Assembly: GCA_030167865.1 (NCBI GenBank)
Contig: JALAGF010005673.1
Span: 1-61,575 of the forward strand
Origin: Craspedostauros australis
Taxonomy: Eukaryota
DNA length: 61,575 bases
Direction: 5' to 3'
Shown here one piece after another: positions 31,719-43,585 of this stretch. The position numbers and the translations under genes were made by a program. Positions within the stretch are counted from its first letter, which is position 1. Each line of letters begins with the position of its first letter. The notes under the pieces are model-generated. The model was not told the origin of the DNA and made no database searches. It worked only from the letters and a program-made list of their open reading frames with translations.

Positions 31719-33056
31719 CTAATTCTGCTTGGCGTTGTACTTGATACGAAACAGCTGGATGTTGAGCTTGTCGCAGATCTGCAGGATCGCGGAGCGCGTC
31801 CATTGAACCAATCGGAACAGGTAGAACAGGGTCAAGAATTGGAACACCATCTTGGCATGCGCCGTCTCGGTCCGCGACAGAACGACTGTGGCAACGAGGA
31901 AGGGCACGACATCGAATTGGATCATTGCGTACGCCATGCCCGCCATCGAGAAGACGATCTGCTTGATCGTGATGAGACACAAGCAGAGACCGAGACTCAG
32001 CGATGAATACCGGATGCTGCCATTGTCGGGCAGCAACCAGACGGCCGCCACACATGCCGCGGTGGGTGTCAGCAGCTTGGAATAGGCGGATGCTATCTTG
32101 TCGACCGATTTCAACTTGCGTGCGATACGGATCAGCGATTGCACGCTCAGGGCGATGACAGTGTACATCCATACCAGAAGGAGAAGATCTCGCACCTGCA
32201 GGGGCTCCTCACGTTCGGCGAGAACGGTGGATCGCAGCGGCAAGTTGACATCCTGCAGAGCGCTTGGCAATTGTGTCGCGTAGAGTTCGCTTTTGAAGAC
32301 GAGACCCGTGACGATGGTCCACATGGCGATGCCGTACAGCATCTCCGTGACGCCGAAGTTGCCGCTGGCATGCGGGAGGACGCCGGTGTAGTACTCCTCC
32401 CACTGCGCCTGGAAGAAGAGGAGTTGCAGCGTGATATGCATCCAAAGGTACTGCCGTGTCGAGTACCTCACGACGCATTGGCAGATGCTGAGATGGCTGA
32501 TGTTGCCCAACGAATCGACGCCGTGATCGAAAAGCTGTCCCAGTGGGCTGGACGATTTGGTCCGTCTCGCCTGCTTGCCATCCATGCAATCCAAGGTGTA
32601 GTACGCCACCTGACACAGGCCATTGACGACCAGCATCCAATCAGGGACCCTTCCCGTCATGGTCGGGTCGTACCATGCCGTGACGCAGTACGCGCCAAGG
32701 CAGAAGGCACCGCCGATCGTGGTGACGAGGTTGGGGGCCAACCAAAGCGGCAAGAGTTGCGTGCAGGCCTCCCAGAAGGGATTGAGGAGGGTGTCCAGCG
32801 CGGTGTAGGCTCCGCCCTTGTATTTGTGGTTGGCGATGTGCGTCAATCCTCCCTTCGTCAGGACCCCGACGCTGCCAGCGATATCGGCCGGACGCTCCTC
32901 CCACATCCACACATGCTCCATGCGATGGTCCTTGTGGTCTTCCGTCGTTTTGGCGTCTCCGCTTGGGTCGTCGTTGCTGATGGTGCTGCTGCTCGGTGTC
33001 GCCACAGAAGGAGCCACGGCAACAACCGGTTCCTCAGATTCTAGTCGTGGTGGCAT
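31719..33056 (-). CDS. Choline/ethanolamine phosphotransferase (CDP-alcohol phosphotransferase, CEPT/AAPT type), ~445 aa
   Basis: HKYKGG, PLWLAPNLVT, signature DCMDGKQARRTKSSSPLGQLFDHGVD, QWEEYYTG; multiple TM segments. Confidence 0.92.
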   Translation of the reverse strand: MPPRLESEEPVVAVAPSVATPSSSTISNDDPSGDAKTTEDHKDHRMEHVWMWEERPADIAGSVGVLTKGGLTHIANHKYKGGAYTALDTLLNPFWEACTQLLPLWLAPNLVTTIGGAFCLGAYCVTAWYDPTMTGRVPDWMLVVNGLCQVAYYTLDCMDGKQARRTKSSSPLGQLFDHGVDSLGNISHLSICQCVVRYSTRQYLWMHITLQLLFFQAQWEEYYTGVLPHASGNFGVTEMLYGIAMWTIVTGLVFKSELYATQLPSALQDVNLPLRSTVLAEREEPLQVRDLLLLVWMYTVIALSVQSLIRIARKLKSVDKIASAYSKLLTPTAACVAAVWLLPDNGSIRYSSLSLGLCLCLITIKQIVFSMAGMAYAMIQFDVVPFLVATVVLSRTETAHAKMVFQFLTLFYLFRLVQWTRSAILQICDKLNIQLFRIKYNAKQN

Positions 33057-35066
33057 TGCTTTCGTACGAGCGCTCGTATGAGAGTGGGTATGCAAGGTCG
33101 TTCGAAGATGATGTTGCTTGCTGGATGAAGACTTGTCTGTATTTGTATTTGCGTTATACAAGTGAACCTCCTCCTCTCTTCGCCGTGAATGTGATGACAA
33201 CAAGAGGACAAAAGACGCAGAGTGATGACAACATCGATGTTGGTCGCGACGTTGACACCAACAACGAAGGAAGTGGAGACATGCGACACGTTGACAAGTC
33301 CAGGGAACGAAACAAGTGCGAAACAAACGTGAAAGGACAATGAACGAACTGGCATTTGTAGCACAGAGACCATATCATGTACAATAGGCTAGATGATTAA
33401 TATAGATTTGAAGTAGAGGACAAAGGATGTTGAACACACCCGCACTGCACATTGGAGAGTACTCCAACTGCCATGGCAACAGAACCAATGGATCTGGGAC
33501 TTGCAACAGCATGGTGGCACCCATGCGGATCAGCATCAGCCTCGTTCGGCGGAGCAATTGGCACAGAAGCAAGCGTGCAGTGGCCTACGTGTGGATTCTG
33601 CAGGTCTGCGATCTCGCCATCGTGTCTCATACCCCATTTCTGCTTTCCATGACATTGACAATGGCATTGAATCTGCTGCGGCTGGTGTTAGTTCTCTACG
33701 AGTACGTGACTATTATTCCACAGCCAATCCCTTTGTTGCGCTCACACAAACATTCTGCGTACATACAAACGACGCATTCACGTCCACGATCGTGGACAAC
33801 AGAACAAGGAGTGAAGATTCATTGGATGCTGCAGTCTTGCCTCTTCGAAAAGAGCACGCCAAAACACTCCCACCAAAAGATGGTTCCTATGATCGAATCA
33901 GACAAGACCGAAACATAGAGAGCGTCGCCGAACATCAAGGACGGCACACCTTGCATCCTCCACCTTTGACGGAGGCCACAAGACCAAGGAAAGTTGGAGG
34001 AACTCAAGAACATTGGACCTTGATGGTGGATTGAAGGATGCCGAGATTCAAACAGCAACAAACCACAAGACACATCATGTGGTGTGGTTGACAATTTTTG
34101 CAACACAACACCTCGCGAGATGAAATGTGGCGGGCATCTGGCGACCGATCGCCAATGATATGCCGATTCTTGTGCATGGTTTGAAAAGTGCGGACACGCG
34201 TTGGAGATGAGAGTTAACGGCCGTAACCGAAATGCCAATCCCAGCAGAAGCTAATTACGCCGTCGCGCGCACGGAATTTTTGTTGGTGGCAGCAATCAAC
34301 GCATTGAGTCGTTTGTGTTCCCCGAAATACTAGAGCATTGCTGTTCACAGCGGTGCGCCATGGTGACAACGATCAGATCATTCTTCATGAAGGTTGTCGT
34401 TCTTGTTTTTGTGGTGATGCGGGTGTGAGTATTCGTGGAATACAGTCTTGCCATTAATACGAGTATCCGGAGGAGTGTTGTTGGACTCTCTTCATTCCCT
34501 TTCCTTGGTCCGTCTTCATCTCAGTCTCCATCTCAGTCTCCGTCTCATCGTCTGCATCGGAGACATCGAAGTGCACCAACACAATCGTCGCAACAAGTGG
34601 AGCTTGACAAGGCCAAACCATTGACGGTGTTGACAACAGCACTGACAACAACAACAACAGCATTGCATTGCGATCCTCAAAGGCAGCCGCCGGTGGATAT
34701 AGCAAACATACATCCGAGTAGAGGGCATACGACTCTTTTATACTCCATCTGCAGGAGGAGCAAGAAGCGAGATCTCAACAGAAGGACGGTCCGTGGAATC
34801 ATTGTCTTTGAGTGCATTGAAGTGTATGCCACTCAGCACTCTGGCTCCAACACCAACACCAACAACAGCAACACCACCAACAGCAACAACAACGACACCA
34901 GTGGACGCATTGGAGTCGACGCGGAGTCCCATTTGCCGTTGCACGTGAGACGCTTCGCATCCTCTTGTTGCTCGCACATACGAACTCGTGGTGAGCAGTT
35001 GCTTCACCCAACCGTCACGTTCATTCTTGTACAGGTGCACAGTGAATCAGAAAGTGAAAGTCGACC

Positions 35067-38000
35067 ATGGTGTCTCAGGTTTTGACCTTCAAGAGGGATT
35101 CGAAGAGCAAGAACAAGAAGAGCAAGAGCAAGAGCAATGACATCAACCGCAGCATCTTGAACAGAGACGATGAAGACGAGAGTGTGCAGCTGCTGAAGAA
35201 GACCCAGAAGGAGGCTTACTTTGAGGAGAACAGCAACAACATCGTCGGAGGCAGCGGCAAGAAGAAGGGACCCCTGGCAAAGCTCTTCAAGAAGAAGAAT
35301 ACAGCGACCAAGGCCGAAGAGGAGTACGTTCCTCCCACCCCGCCCACCTCGCCCACCTCACCAACCCCACCCAGCTCTCCAGACTCAACGCAGACGCCGG
35401 AGCTGCTGGAAGCACCCGCCTCGCCCCTCAACGTCACCGTGGTCACCGGAACGAAGAGGCACACGCCAACCGGGACGCGGCCCGTCTACCCCATCAACGA
35501 CGCGCAGAGCACCATTTCCGAACTCACCTACCCCCTCAACACCCCCAATCGCAGGGTGGGCTTCGATCCCAGCACGAAGCAGACGCCCACCAACGCCAAC
35601 ACCCCGGCCACCAGATCCCTGACTCCCTCCAGCGGCCTGCACTCCACCTCTGCGTCCAGCCGGGCTGGTGTGGAGTCGGAGGAGGACGTCGACGCTCCCG
35701 CATCCACCTTCTGCGGAGCTCGCAACGAGGGGGGCGATGCCATCTCAAGCACCATGTGCTACTTCGATGGGATCTGCGCACCGGCCTCAGCAACCAAGGC
35801 AGCGCCGCACGTTGACGAGAGTTCGGTGCCGTCGCCCAGCGTCAGCACATCGCAGGGCGACAAGAGCACCTCGCGTCCGGTGTGGGGGAGGATCCCGTCC
35901 GACGATGAGGATGATGACACATTCGACACGTCTGCTGTGGACGATTCCACCTACCGATCGCAGGACCAGACCAACAGCAACTCCAGCGGACAGCATGATA
36001 GCCTGGGTCGCAGGTACACCAACGGCAGCAGCAGCCCCTACTCTCGTTCTCCCAACAGAACCAATGGGAAGGCCTACCGATCCGAACCGCAGCCGATGCA
36101 TGAGAACTTCGAAGTCATCCTTGATGCCTCTGCTATGACAACCAAGAAGCCGCCGCTCAGCACTCCGCCCACAACTCCGCCGAAGCCGGAGACGGCAGCG
36201 CCGCCGGAGTCACAGCCGGAGCCTCAGTCACCACCAAGGACTCCGCGTCAAACTCCACCACAGCCAGTTGCTGCCGTCAAGAAGCCCGGGCCTGCATCCA
36301 AGAAGCGCAGCTGGTTCTCCAAGAAGAAGGCTAACAAGGCGCAGGAAGAAGAGAAGAAGGAAGAGCACGTTGACAACGCGGGGGCTGTAGCAGCCACAGC
36401 CATGGCATCCTCCACAGAGTCAAAGTCAAAGGCTGTCTCGCAGTTCCAATCCACGCAAGACAAGCCGGAGGCCGAGTCAAGCAAGCCGAAGGGGTCGTTG
36501 GCAAAGCGCCTCAGCAAGGCCATCAAGAAGGCTTCCAACAAGAAAGCTGCGGCCACCACCACCGCCGCTGCTGCTGCTGCTTCGAACAAGGAGGAGAATT
36601 CGGGAGGTGCTGGTCGCAACAAAAAGTCAGAAGAGAACTGGCGAAAGTCCAAGTCTGGCTCTGCGCAGACCATGCGGATCATCAAGGAGACGGACGCACC
36701 AACGAAGGAGAAGAAATCAGCCGAAGCGACATCTGGCGCGAAGTCAAACTCAGTCCCGCAGGATGCCAACGATGCCGGCAATGACAGCGAGGCCAAGAAG
36801 CCTGACAACGACAACAGCAAGGCGCGAGCCGCTACTGGTGTCGCAGCAGCAGCTGCAGCCGGTGTCGCCATCGCAGCCGCTTCCAAGACCTCGTCCTCTC
36901 AAGATGACGACGCAACCAAGGAAGCGAAGTCGCAGAAGCCAGCAACAACATCAACCAAGAACGCTGCCACCAAGGCGGAAGCTGCTGAGGGCAACGACAA
37001 GAAGCAAAAGACTGGACGCAACAAGCCCTGGAAGGCGCTGTCGCGTATGAAGTTCATGTCCAAGAAACGCAGCAAGGATGATTCGGATGTCAAGTACGGC
37101 GGCGCCACCCCTTCACCAGCCGCTGCCGCTGCCGCTCCTGCCTCCAAGCCATTGTGGAAGCCCGTCGTGGATCCCAACACCGACCGCACGTACTACTACC
37201 ACCGCAAGACGCGCGAAACGACCTGGATCAAGCCGCAGGAGCTCGTCGACCGCGAGGCCAAGATCGCCGAAGCGAACGGAGAAAAGCCAAAGGACGCAAA
37301 GCAGCAGGATCAGAAGAATGTGAACGACTCTGCTCGTTCCGCACGCACCCTGGATGCTAAGGAAACCAAGCGAACCGGCAGAACCAAGACCGCCACTCCC
37401 ACCAAGATGCGTGGCGAACGCAGAGCCGTCTCCGAATCGCCCGTTCCAGTTGCTCGCAAAGCATCGAAGAAATCCATCGAGCTGCGTCCAGACAGCGCGG
37501 TCGAGGAAACCAAGACCGATGCCGAAGACAACGCCGCCACGAAGGAGCAAGAACAGTCCGAAGTCGCCAAGCCAGCGACGCCAACATCAACGCCGGCGCC
37601 GACACCAACGACGACGGTGACCACGACCATTATGGCCACATCGCCCTCGCCCCCGCCCCAGCCAGAACCGGTCATTGCTCCTTCGCCCGTCAACAAGACC
37701 GATGATATGTGGGAAAAGAAGAAGGAAGTCACCAGGCTGTTGGACGCGATCCCCGCATCGAACCGTGACAAGGCGGACGATATGATGAGCAACCACCCTG
37801 GCGAGGTCGAGTATCAGTTACAGTTCCTCCAGGATTTGCTGGAGGCCAAGCCATTCGACGAGCCAGAGACCGACGCACCGATGGACGAGCCGCACTTCAC
37901 CTTCGCCGCCTCGTCCCTCAAGGCCTCTGATCCTATGAACAAGCGTGTGATCACAGGATTCAGCAGGACCAGCGCCACGACCCGGTCAACCGTCAAGACG

Positions 38001-38912
38001 GACAAGACGGACAAGATCCGCAACACGTGGAAGGGACCCAGAGGAGGCATCGAGACGATTTCCGAAGTCCAATCCACCACCACCAGCATCACCAGCGGCC
38101 AGCAAGATGAACCTGTGACACCGTCTTCCGGTCTCGGCCTGCTCAACAGCAACGGCCGGGTCCCCAGCAGAGTTCCCATCGTCCATCGCAACCGTGAGCT
38201 GAAGGTGGAGGACCTCAGCGATTCGAGGCTGTTATCGGAAACGTACGAACGCAACGGGCGCGTGATGAGGGGCCGTGGAATGTCCGAGGATGGGAGTGGC
38301 ATGGATGGAAGCGGTTTCTACAACTCGGAGGCAGACACGTACGGTGATTCCGTCTCCGCCCTCAGCGAGAATGAAAACGACTACTCCGGCAGGAGGGACA
38401 ACTTTGAAGGTGCCCGCCGTCGTGCGCTCGAGGATGCCATCGAACGAGAAGATTGGGAGCTTGCCGCAGCGCTCACTGAGGGCATGCGCGGCACCGAATC
38501 GACTGGAGATTACACCAAGGCTCACGGTGCCTGGAAGCAGAGCGCGATCGATAAGTTCATCGCGCAAAACAACTGGGACGCCGTGTCCACCTACATCGCG
38601 CGTATGCGGAACAAGGCCAAGTCGCCCGGCCCGGACAGCGATGAGTTGATCATGAGCCCAAGCGCCAACCATACCGTCCGATCTCCTGCGCCGGCAGCAA
38701 CGCTCGGCGTAGTGCGAGCCCCGTCCAGAACGAAGAAAGGAGCACCGAATCAGCAGAAGCAGCAGCAAGATGACCAAGGCGCTCCTCAGCCAGCAGCATC
38801 GCTTGAGAAACGAATTGGATCGCGGTCACAGCTACAGCACCGCGAGATCACTTCCGACTCTAGCTGGACGAGCGAGGATTCATATGATACCTACGATTCC
38901 GAGTTCACCTAA
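35067..38912 (+). CDS. Large low-complexity protein with one WW domain (1281 aa)
   Basis: Long ORF rich in K/S/T/P/A. WW motif WKPVVDPNTDRTYYYHRKTRETTWIKP. Confidence 0.82.
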   Translation: MVSQVLTFKRDSKSKNKKSKSKSNDINRSILNRDDEDESVQLLKKTQKEAYFEENSNNIVGGSGKKKGPLAKLFKKKNTATKAEEEYVPPTPPTSPTSPTPPSSPDSTQTPELLEAPASPLNVTVVTGTKRHTPTGTRPVYPINDAQSTISELTYPLNTPNRRVGFDPSTKQTPTNANTPATRSLTPSSGLHSTSASSRAGVESEEDVDAPASTFCGARNEGGDAISSTMCYFDGICAPASATKAAPHVDESSVPSPSVSTSQGDKSTSRPVWGRIPSDDEDDDTFDTSAVDDSTYRSQDQTNSNSSGQHDSLGRRYTNGSSSPYSRSPNRTNGKAYRSEPQPMHENFEVILDASAMTTKKPPLSTPPTTPPKPETAAPPESQPEPQSPPRTPRQTPPQPVAAVKKPGPASKKRSWFSKKKANKAQEEEKKEEHVDNAGAVAATAMASSTESKSKAVSQFQSTQDKPEAESSKPKGSLAKRLSKAIKKASNKKAAATTTAAAAAASNKEENSGGAGRNKKSEENWRKSKSGSAQTMRIIKETDAPTKEKKSAEATSGAKSNSVPQDANDAGNDSEAKKPDNDNSKARAATGVAAAAAAGVAIAAASKTSSSQDDDATKEAKSQKPATTSTKNAATKAEAAEGNDKKQKTGRNKPWKALSRMKFMSKKRSKDDSDVKYGGATPSPAAAAAAPASKPLWKPVVDPNTDRTYYYHRKTRETTWIKPQELVDREAKIAEANGEKPKDAKQQDQKNVNDSARSARTLDAKETKRTGRTKTATPTKMRGERRAVSESPVPVARKASKKSIELRPDSAVEETKTDAEDNAATKEQEQSEVAKPATPTSTPAPTPTTTVTTTIMATSPSPPPQPEPVIAPSPVNKTDDMWEKKKEVTRLLDAIPASNRDKADDMMSNHPGEVEYQLQFLQDLLEAKPFDEPETDAPMDEPHFTFAASSLKASDPMNKRVITGFSRTSATTRSTVKTDKTDKIRNTWKGPRGGIETISEVQSTTTSITSGQQDEPVTPSSGLGLLNSNGRVPSRVPIVHRNRELKVEDLSDSRLLSETYERNGRVMRGRGMSEDGSGMDGSGFYNSEADTYGDSVSALSENENDYSGRRDNFEGARRRALEDAIEREDWELAAALTEGMRGTESTGDYTKAHGAWKQSAIDKFIAQNNWDAVSTYIARMRNKAKSPGPDSDELIMSPSANHTVRSPAPAATLGVVRAPSRTKKGAPNQQKQQQDDQGAPQPAASLEKRIGSRSQLQHREITSDSSWTSEDSYDTYDSEFT

Positions 38913-39236
38913 ACAGTGAGCGTACGGACGTCCTTGTACTCGTATGTATGGTGCTCAGTGACGCACATTGACCTACTCAACTCCACTATACCGCGATGTG
39001 GAGTTCAGTGATGTTCAATCTAAGTATAGTAATAACAACATTGATATTAAGACTGTAAGCATTGCAAAAACAAACTGATCGCTTTGATGTTGCTCTGCTG
39101 TGGGAGCGCCGAGGGCCGGTCGCAGAGGAATGCCGTGCTTGAATCTGTCGTCTTACTTCCTGGCATCTTCTGCTCCTGCCAAGTTCTGTGTCAGTCGAGG
39201 ACGCATGCGTTTTCCTCTCAACTCACATGTGATTAA

Positions 39237-40457
39237 TCAGTCCTCACACCGTCCATCCTCGCCACTCTGCCGTTGCATCTGTCTCAATTTACCGATCGAT
39301 GCGGGATCGTACAGATCCAAACCTGCCTCCCACAAGGCGACACGAGTTGGGCCAGCAAACCGTCGCAATATCCAGTTGGCCAACCCTGGCATCAGCTGAT
39401 GGAAATACAGGAAGACGAGGGTGGGTTGCTGCGCGATCCACGTTTCGCCGCCAGCATAGCTGTACGAAGGAACTGGTCTCTGGTTCATGGCGCTGGCCTC
39501 ATCATCGTCATCATCACTTTTCGCCAGTTGCCGCCGCTGCTGCCGGTGTTGGCTGGATCCGTGCATGGCGACAGTGGAAAGAATGAGACGAGCGCACCGT
39601 GAGGGAGACATCTTCTCGCCTTTGCTTGCCTTGTAAAGTGGCGTTGCGACGGGACCCGGGCATGGCAACGAAATGGTCAGATCTGGACGTTCCGACGCCA
39701 ACGAGTGGAAGTATCCCTGCACCGCATGTTTGGAAGCTGCGTACGATGCCGACAGCGGGACAGCGAACTTGCCCGCCACCGACGATGTGACGCAGATGTG
39801 AGGCGGGGGTATTCGTTGGCGTTGCTTTCGTGACGAGTCTTCATTCTTCGACGATGCTGCTATCAATGCCTGCGTCCAGTGAATTGGGGCAAGGGTGTTG
39901 ATTCGGAACAATGCATCCGTTGTTGCTCGTTCTGCTGCCGCTGCTGGTTGCTGCTGTCCTATCCCAGCATTCAATATCACGAGATCCAAGTCGCCAAGCT
40001 GCTGCACGATTCTCTCCATCTCATCCTGCTCGCAATCCATCTCGACGGGGAGAATGCTCACACTGTTGCTGTCGTCGAAGTCTGCACGAGTACCATCCTC
40101 CATCATTTCATGTCGTTGCGCGGGATCGCCATTGGCGCACTGGCGAATCTCAATGCAAGATCGTTGCACATCGCTGAGACGGCTCAGATCACGTCCCGAC
40201 AGAATCAAATGCGCGTCGCAGGCTGCCAGTTGCTCTGCGAGCTCGCGGCCGATTCCAGAGGATGCACCAGTGATCCAGATGCGTTTGCCTTGGAAGGACT
40301 GTGTGTGATTCGCCAATAATCGATCGTAAAGCCACAACGACGGATTCGCATCTATCAACGCAAAGGAAGCGGCCGTCGCGACAAAGAGTGCGGCAGCGGT
40401 GGTCGTTGCGGTGACCGCAGATGCTGCAGCAGCCATGGCCTTCGGGATGATGATCAT
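39237..40457 (-). CDS. Short-chain dehydrogenase/reductase (DHRS7-like) with N-terminal anchor, ~406 aa (start uncertain)
   Basis: WITGASSGIG, ILNAG, SSVAG, YAASK catalytic motif, CPGPVAT. Confidence 0.88.
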   Translation of the reverse strand: MIIIPKAMAAAASAVTATTTAAALFVATAASFALIDANPSLWLYDRLLANHTQSFQGKRIWITGASSGIGRELAEQLAACDAHLILSGRDLSRLSDVQRSCIEIRQCANGDPAQRHEMMEDGTRADFDDSNSVSILPVEMDCEQDEMERIVQQLGDLDLVILNAGIGQQQPAAAAERATTDALFRINTLAPIHWTQALIAASSKNEDSSRKQRQRIPPPHICVTSSVAGKFAVPLSASYAASKHAVQGYFHSLASERPDLTISLPCPGPVATPLYKASKGEKMSPSRCARLILSTVAMHGSSQHRQQRRQLAKSDDDDDEASAMNQRPVPSYSYAGGETWIAQQPTLVFLYFHQLMPGLANWILRRFAGPTRVALWEAGLDLYDPASIGKLRQMQRQSGEDGRCED

Positions 40458-41427
40458 GTTCACGATCGTGTGTGAACAACACGGTTGTGGTGGATGTTGT
40501 ATTATGCGATAGCTGCTGGTTGTGGAGGGTGGAAGAATCCTGTGTGCTGGTATGGCATGTGTGCTGTTGGTTGTTGGATCTTTGTTGGCGTCAGAAATGA
40601 TCTTGGGCATCATGACTGCGAAACGTCACAGGACCCGAGGCGCGCTTCCGCTTCTATTTTGATCCTCCAACATGCATCATCCTCCACAAAGCGTGCCTAC
40701 AATGGAGTGGGCAGCACTGATAATGTGCTTTCCAGACATTTGCTAGTGTCGAACGTTCTCACTTCATAGTCGTAGGTGTTATATTCCAGACCATAAATTG
40801 GTTGGAATTGCTGGGTAGCCAACTCTATCTCCCCACATACCGCGAGCAAGTGGAGGTCTCAGGAATTCGGAAGCTTCCCTAACCTCTCGTATTAGCCTAT
40901 TTTGTTAACATCGTGGTTGGCACGGACGTTAAAACGTCCGTTCGCCAACTTCACACCCCACGTTATGTGCGCGAGGTTCACAAAGACGATATTTTTTGAA
41001 CCGTTGGTAGCAAACTGAGAGAGAAGAATGAACGACACACGACCACCAGAGGGAGCGAAGCCAAACGAAACCGATGAACTTGTTCATCAATGCGACGACA
41101 CAAGCAAACAGAGAAACACAAAACCAAGGCAGAAGGAAGTGAAGCACTCCGGAGAGTAGAGTGACTTCCCTGCATCCACCAAAGTCAACTTCATCATCAA
41201 CATTCTCAGTGGTTCTGATTGCATCCGTATTGCAACCAGCATCCGCTCTACTCCATCATCTACCCATCCATCAAGCTACCTGCATTGGCGTTTGACATTG
41301 ATTATCATCAACAAGTCAACAAGGACGAGCAGAGGCTGATTGTAGACGTTGGAATTTCTCTCAACGCAGCCACCAAAGACAGACAAGTGGCAACCTTGCT
41401 CGGAAGCACTGAACGGCATCATCAATC

Positions 41428-42600
41428 ATGGCCGACGACGACCAAATTACCGAGGAGCAAGCCCAGCAAATCTGCAAGATCTATGATGAGGATGACTTCT
41501 TCACCGTGATCGTCCAAATGATGCTGGCATTGTTTGCCTTGCTCTCGCTTTGGTTCAAGAGACAGACGGAAAAGCCGCGACGCAAGTTCTACACATGGTT
41601 TTTGGACATCAGCAAGCAGGGTCTTGGAGCATGCTACGCTCATGTATTGAATATGGTGAGACGAGATGGACGTGGGATGCACGTGCTGAAAACTGTGATG
41701 TAGTGGGAGCGAAATCAACGGAGAGCAATGCCGACCCACTGGCACACCCGTTGCCGCACAGCGTGGTTGAAGCAAGTGCGGTCGTACCGACAATGGAGCA
41801 GAGTAGAGCAGAGTACTCAAATCTACTCTACTCTCTCCAACTCGATATCCGCAACTTGCGCAGTGCAGTGCCGCACGCAATGCACAATTCTTCTGACTTG
41901 ATTTCCACACTCTTCCTTTTCGTAATTTCTGTTTTCCCCTTTCACCCCTCTCGTATTGCATCTTGGACAATAATATCAGGTGATTGCTGCAGTCATCATC
42001 GGCAACATCCGCGGTGATGGTCAGCTCGATGATCAGTGCGCCTGGTACGGAATGAGCTACCTCATCGATACCACCCTGGGCCTGGTCCTGGCCATTCTGT
42101 GCGTGCAGGGCTTGGACAGGTTCGCGCAAGAATTCGACCTCGCATCATTGAAGAATTCTGGCGTCTACGAAGGACCGCATGGTCTCATACATTGGGTGCA
42201 CCAGGTGATCGCATGGATTTTGATCCTGACGGTTGTCAAGATCGCCATCTACGCATTCATGGTGCTGACATCTGGATTCCTTGCCGACATCGGCGCGTAC
42301 TTGTTCCTGCCGCTGCAAGGCAACATCCGATTTGAGCTGCTGTTCGTGATGATCTTCTTCCCAGGCGTGCTGAATGTGATTTACTTCTGGATCGCGGATT
42401 CGTATCTGCAGGCGAAGAGTGGACACGCGGGGGCCCACGAGGAAGAGCCAAGCACCGAGATGCAGAACAAGAAGGAATCGTTGCTGACGGAGACGGAACG
42501 TACCACTGCTATCGATCCGCCACCTGTGGGTCAGCCAAAACAACCAACCTGGACGACCGTTGATGGCGCGAACAGCACGCCGCAAACAAACGTGGTCTAG
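41428..42600 (+). CDS. STIMATE/TMEM110 (YPL162C-like) membrane protein; 2 exons, ~282 aa
   Basis: Exons 41428-41655 and 41980-42600. Motifs KRQTEKPRR..WFLDISKQ, QCAWY..YLIDTTLG, SGVYEGP, ELLFVMIFFP..N..YFWIADSYL. Confidence 0.82.
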
Positions 42601-43585
42601 GGAGGGACAGAGAGAGAGCCAGCAAATGCGATATAGAGTAAAGTACGACACCCCGATGCTTTGAATGGAACACGAAGAGATCCAATCATGTGAAGGGTAG
42701 CCTCTGATAGAGATATCTAGCTTTTGAGAAAGGAAGATGAAGTGACCATGCTGGGAGATCTTGTAGGGAGAGCATTGGCATCATCATCAAAAGCAGTAGC
42801 GCAACTGATATGCTACTCCTCCACTCTACTCTGTTCTATATTGTATTCGACAACATCAGGAACCTCTCTCCAGAATAGCGAAGAGCATGATATCAATACT
42901 CCACTCTCTGTTCACAGCATCATGGAGTACTCTATGTATATCATTGTTATCACGATCGCACCCTATCTATCCATTTGTTCCTTAACATGATTTCCTAGTT
43001 TGAGATTGGAGGTTGGTCGACGTGGCTGTGCGTTGGGGAACTGCCCAATGTGCGCCACAGCACAAAACGCACGTTCAAAATATGACGGTCAATCGTAAGC
43101 GTGGACCGGCCGGCGTATGTGCTTCATATTAATATTAAGACACGAATACTGTTTAATTGAAACAACAATGCAAATGGAGGGAGCTGTCGTGTCCCGCCAA
43201 CACATGAATGAGTCCGCAACGAAATTCGAACTAAACACAAATCGTGACACACACAAACACGAACAACGGCACAAACCATCCGCCAACCAAGGACGCGGAG
43301 ATTGAAAAGGAGAGCAACAACACACCAAAAGCCACAGGCAAGAGAACGTTGGCACACAAACCCATTTCATCGCATCGCATTTCACTGCATCAAGAGGAAC
43401 AGCATCATCAATCGCCAGCGAGGGATAGGTTACTTCTCCAACTCTCAGAGCCAATCCACACATCCAGTTCTTCAGAATAGTTTCCAAGTCGATAAAAGTC
43501 AAGCAAATCGATTGAAAGACGGCAGCAGTCGCAATCGCAGAAACAACATCGGCAAGAAGAAGACCACAGAACAACGAGCACCAAG

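Noticed and set aside
31719..33056. CDP-alcohol phosphotransferase as a partner of the triple-fusion enzyme
   Set aside because: It has standard eukaryotic CEPT/AAPT features and is separated from the fusion gene by three unrelated genes.
33400..35060. ORFs of 160-216 aa between CEPT and the WW gene, and those at 14000-15300
   Set aside because: No motifs, mostly non-ATG starts, and no convincing splice model; treated as intergenic or UTR.
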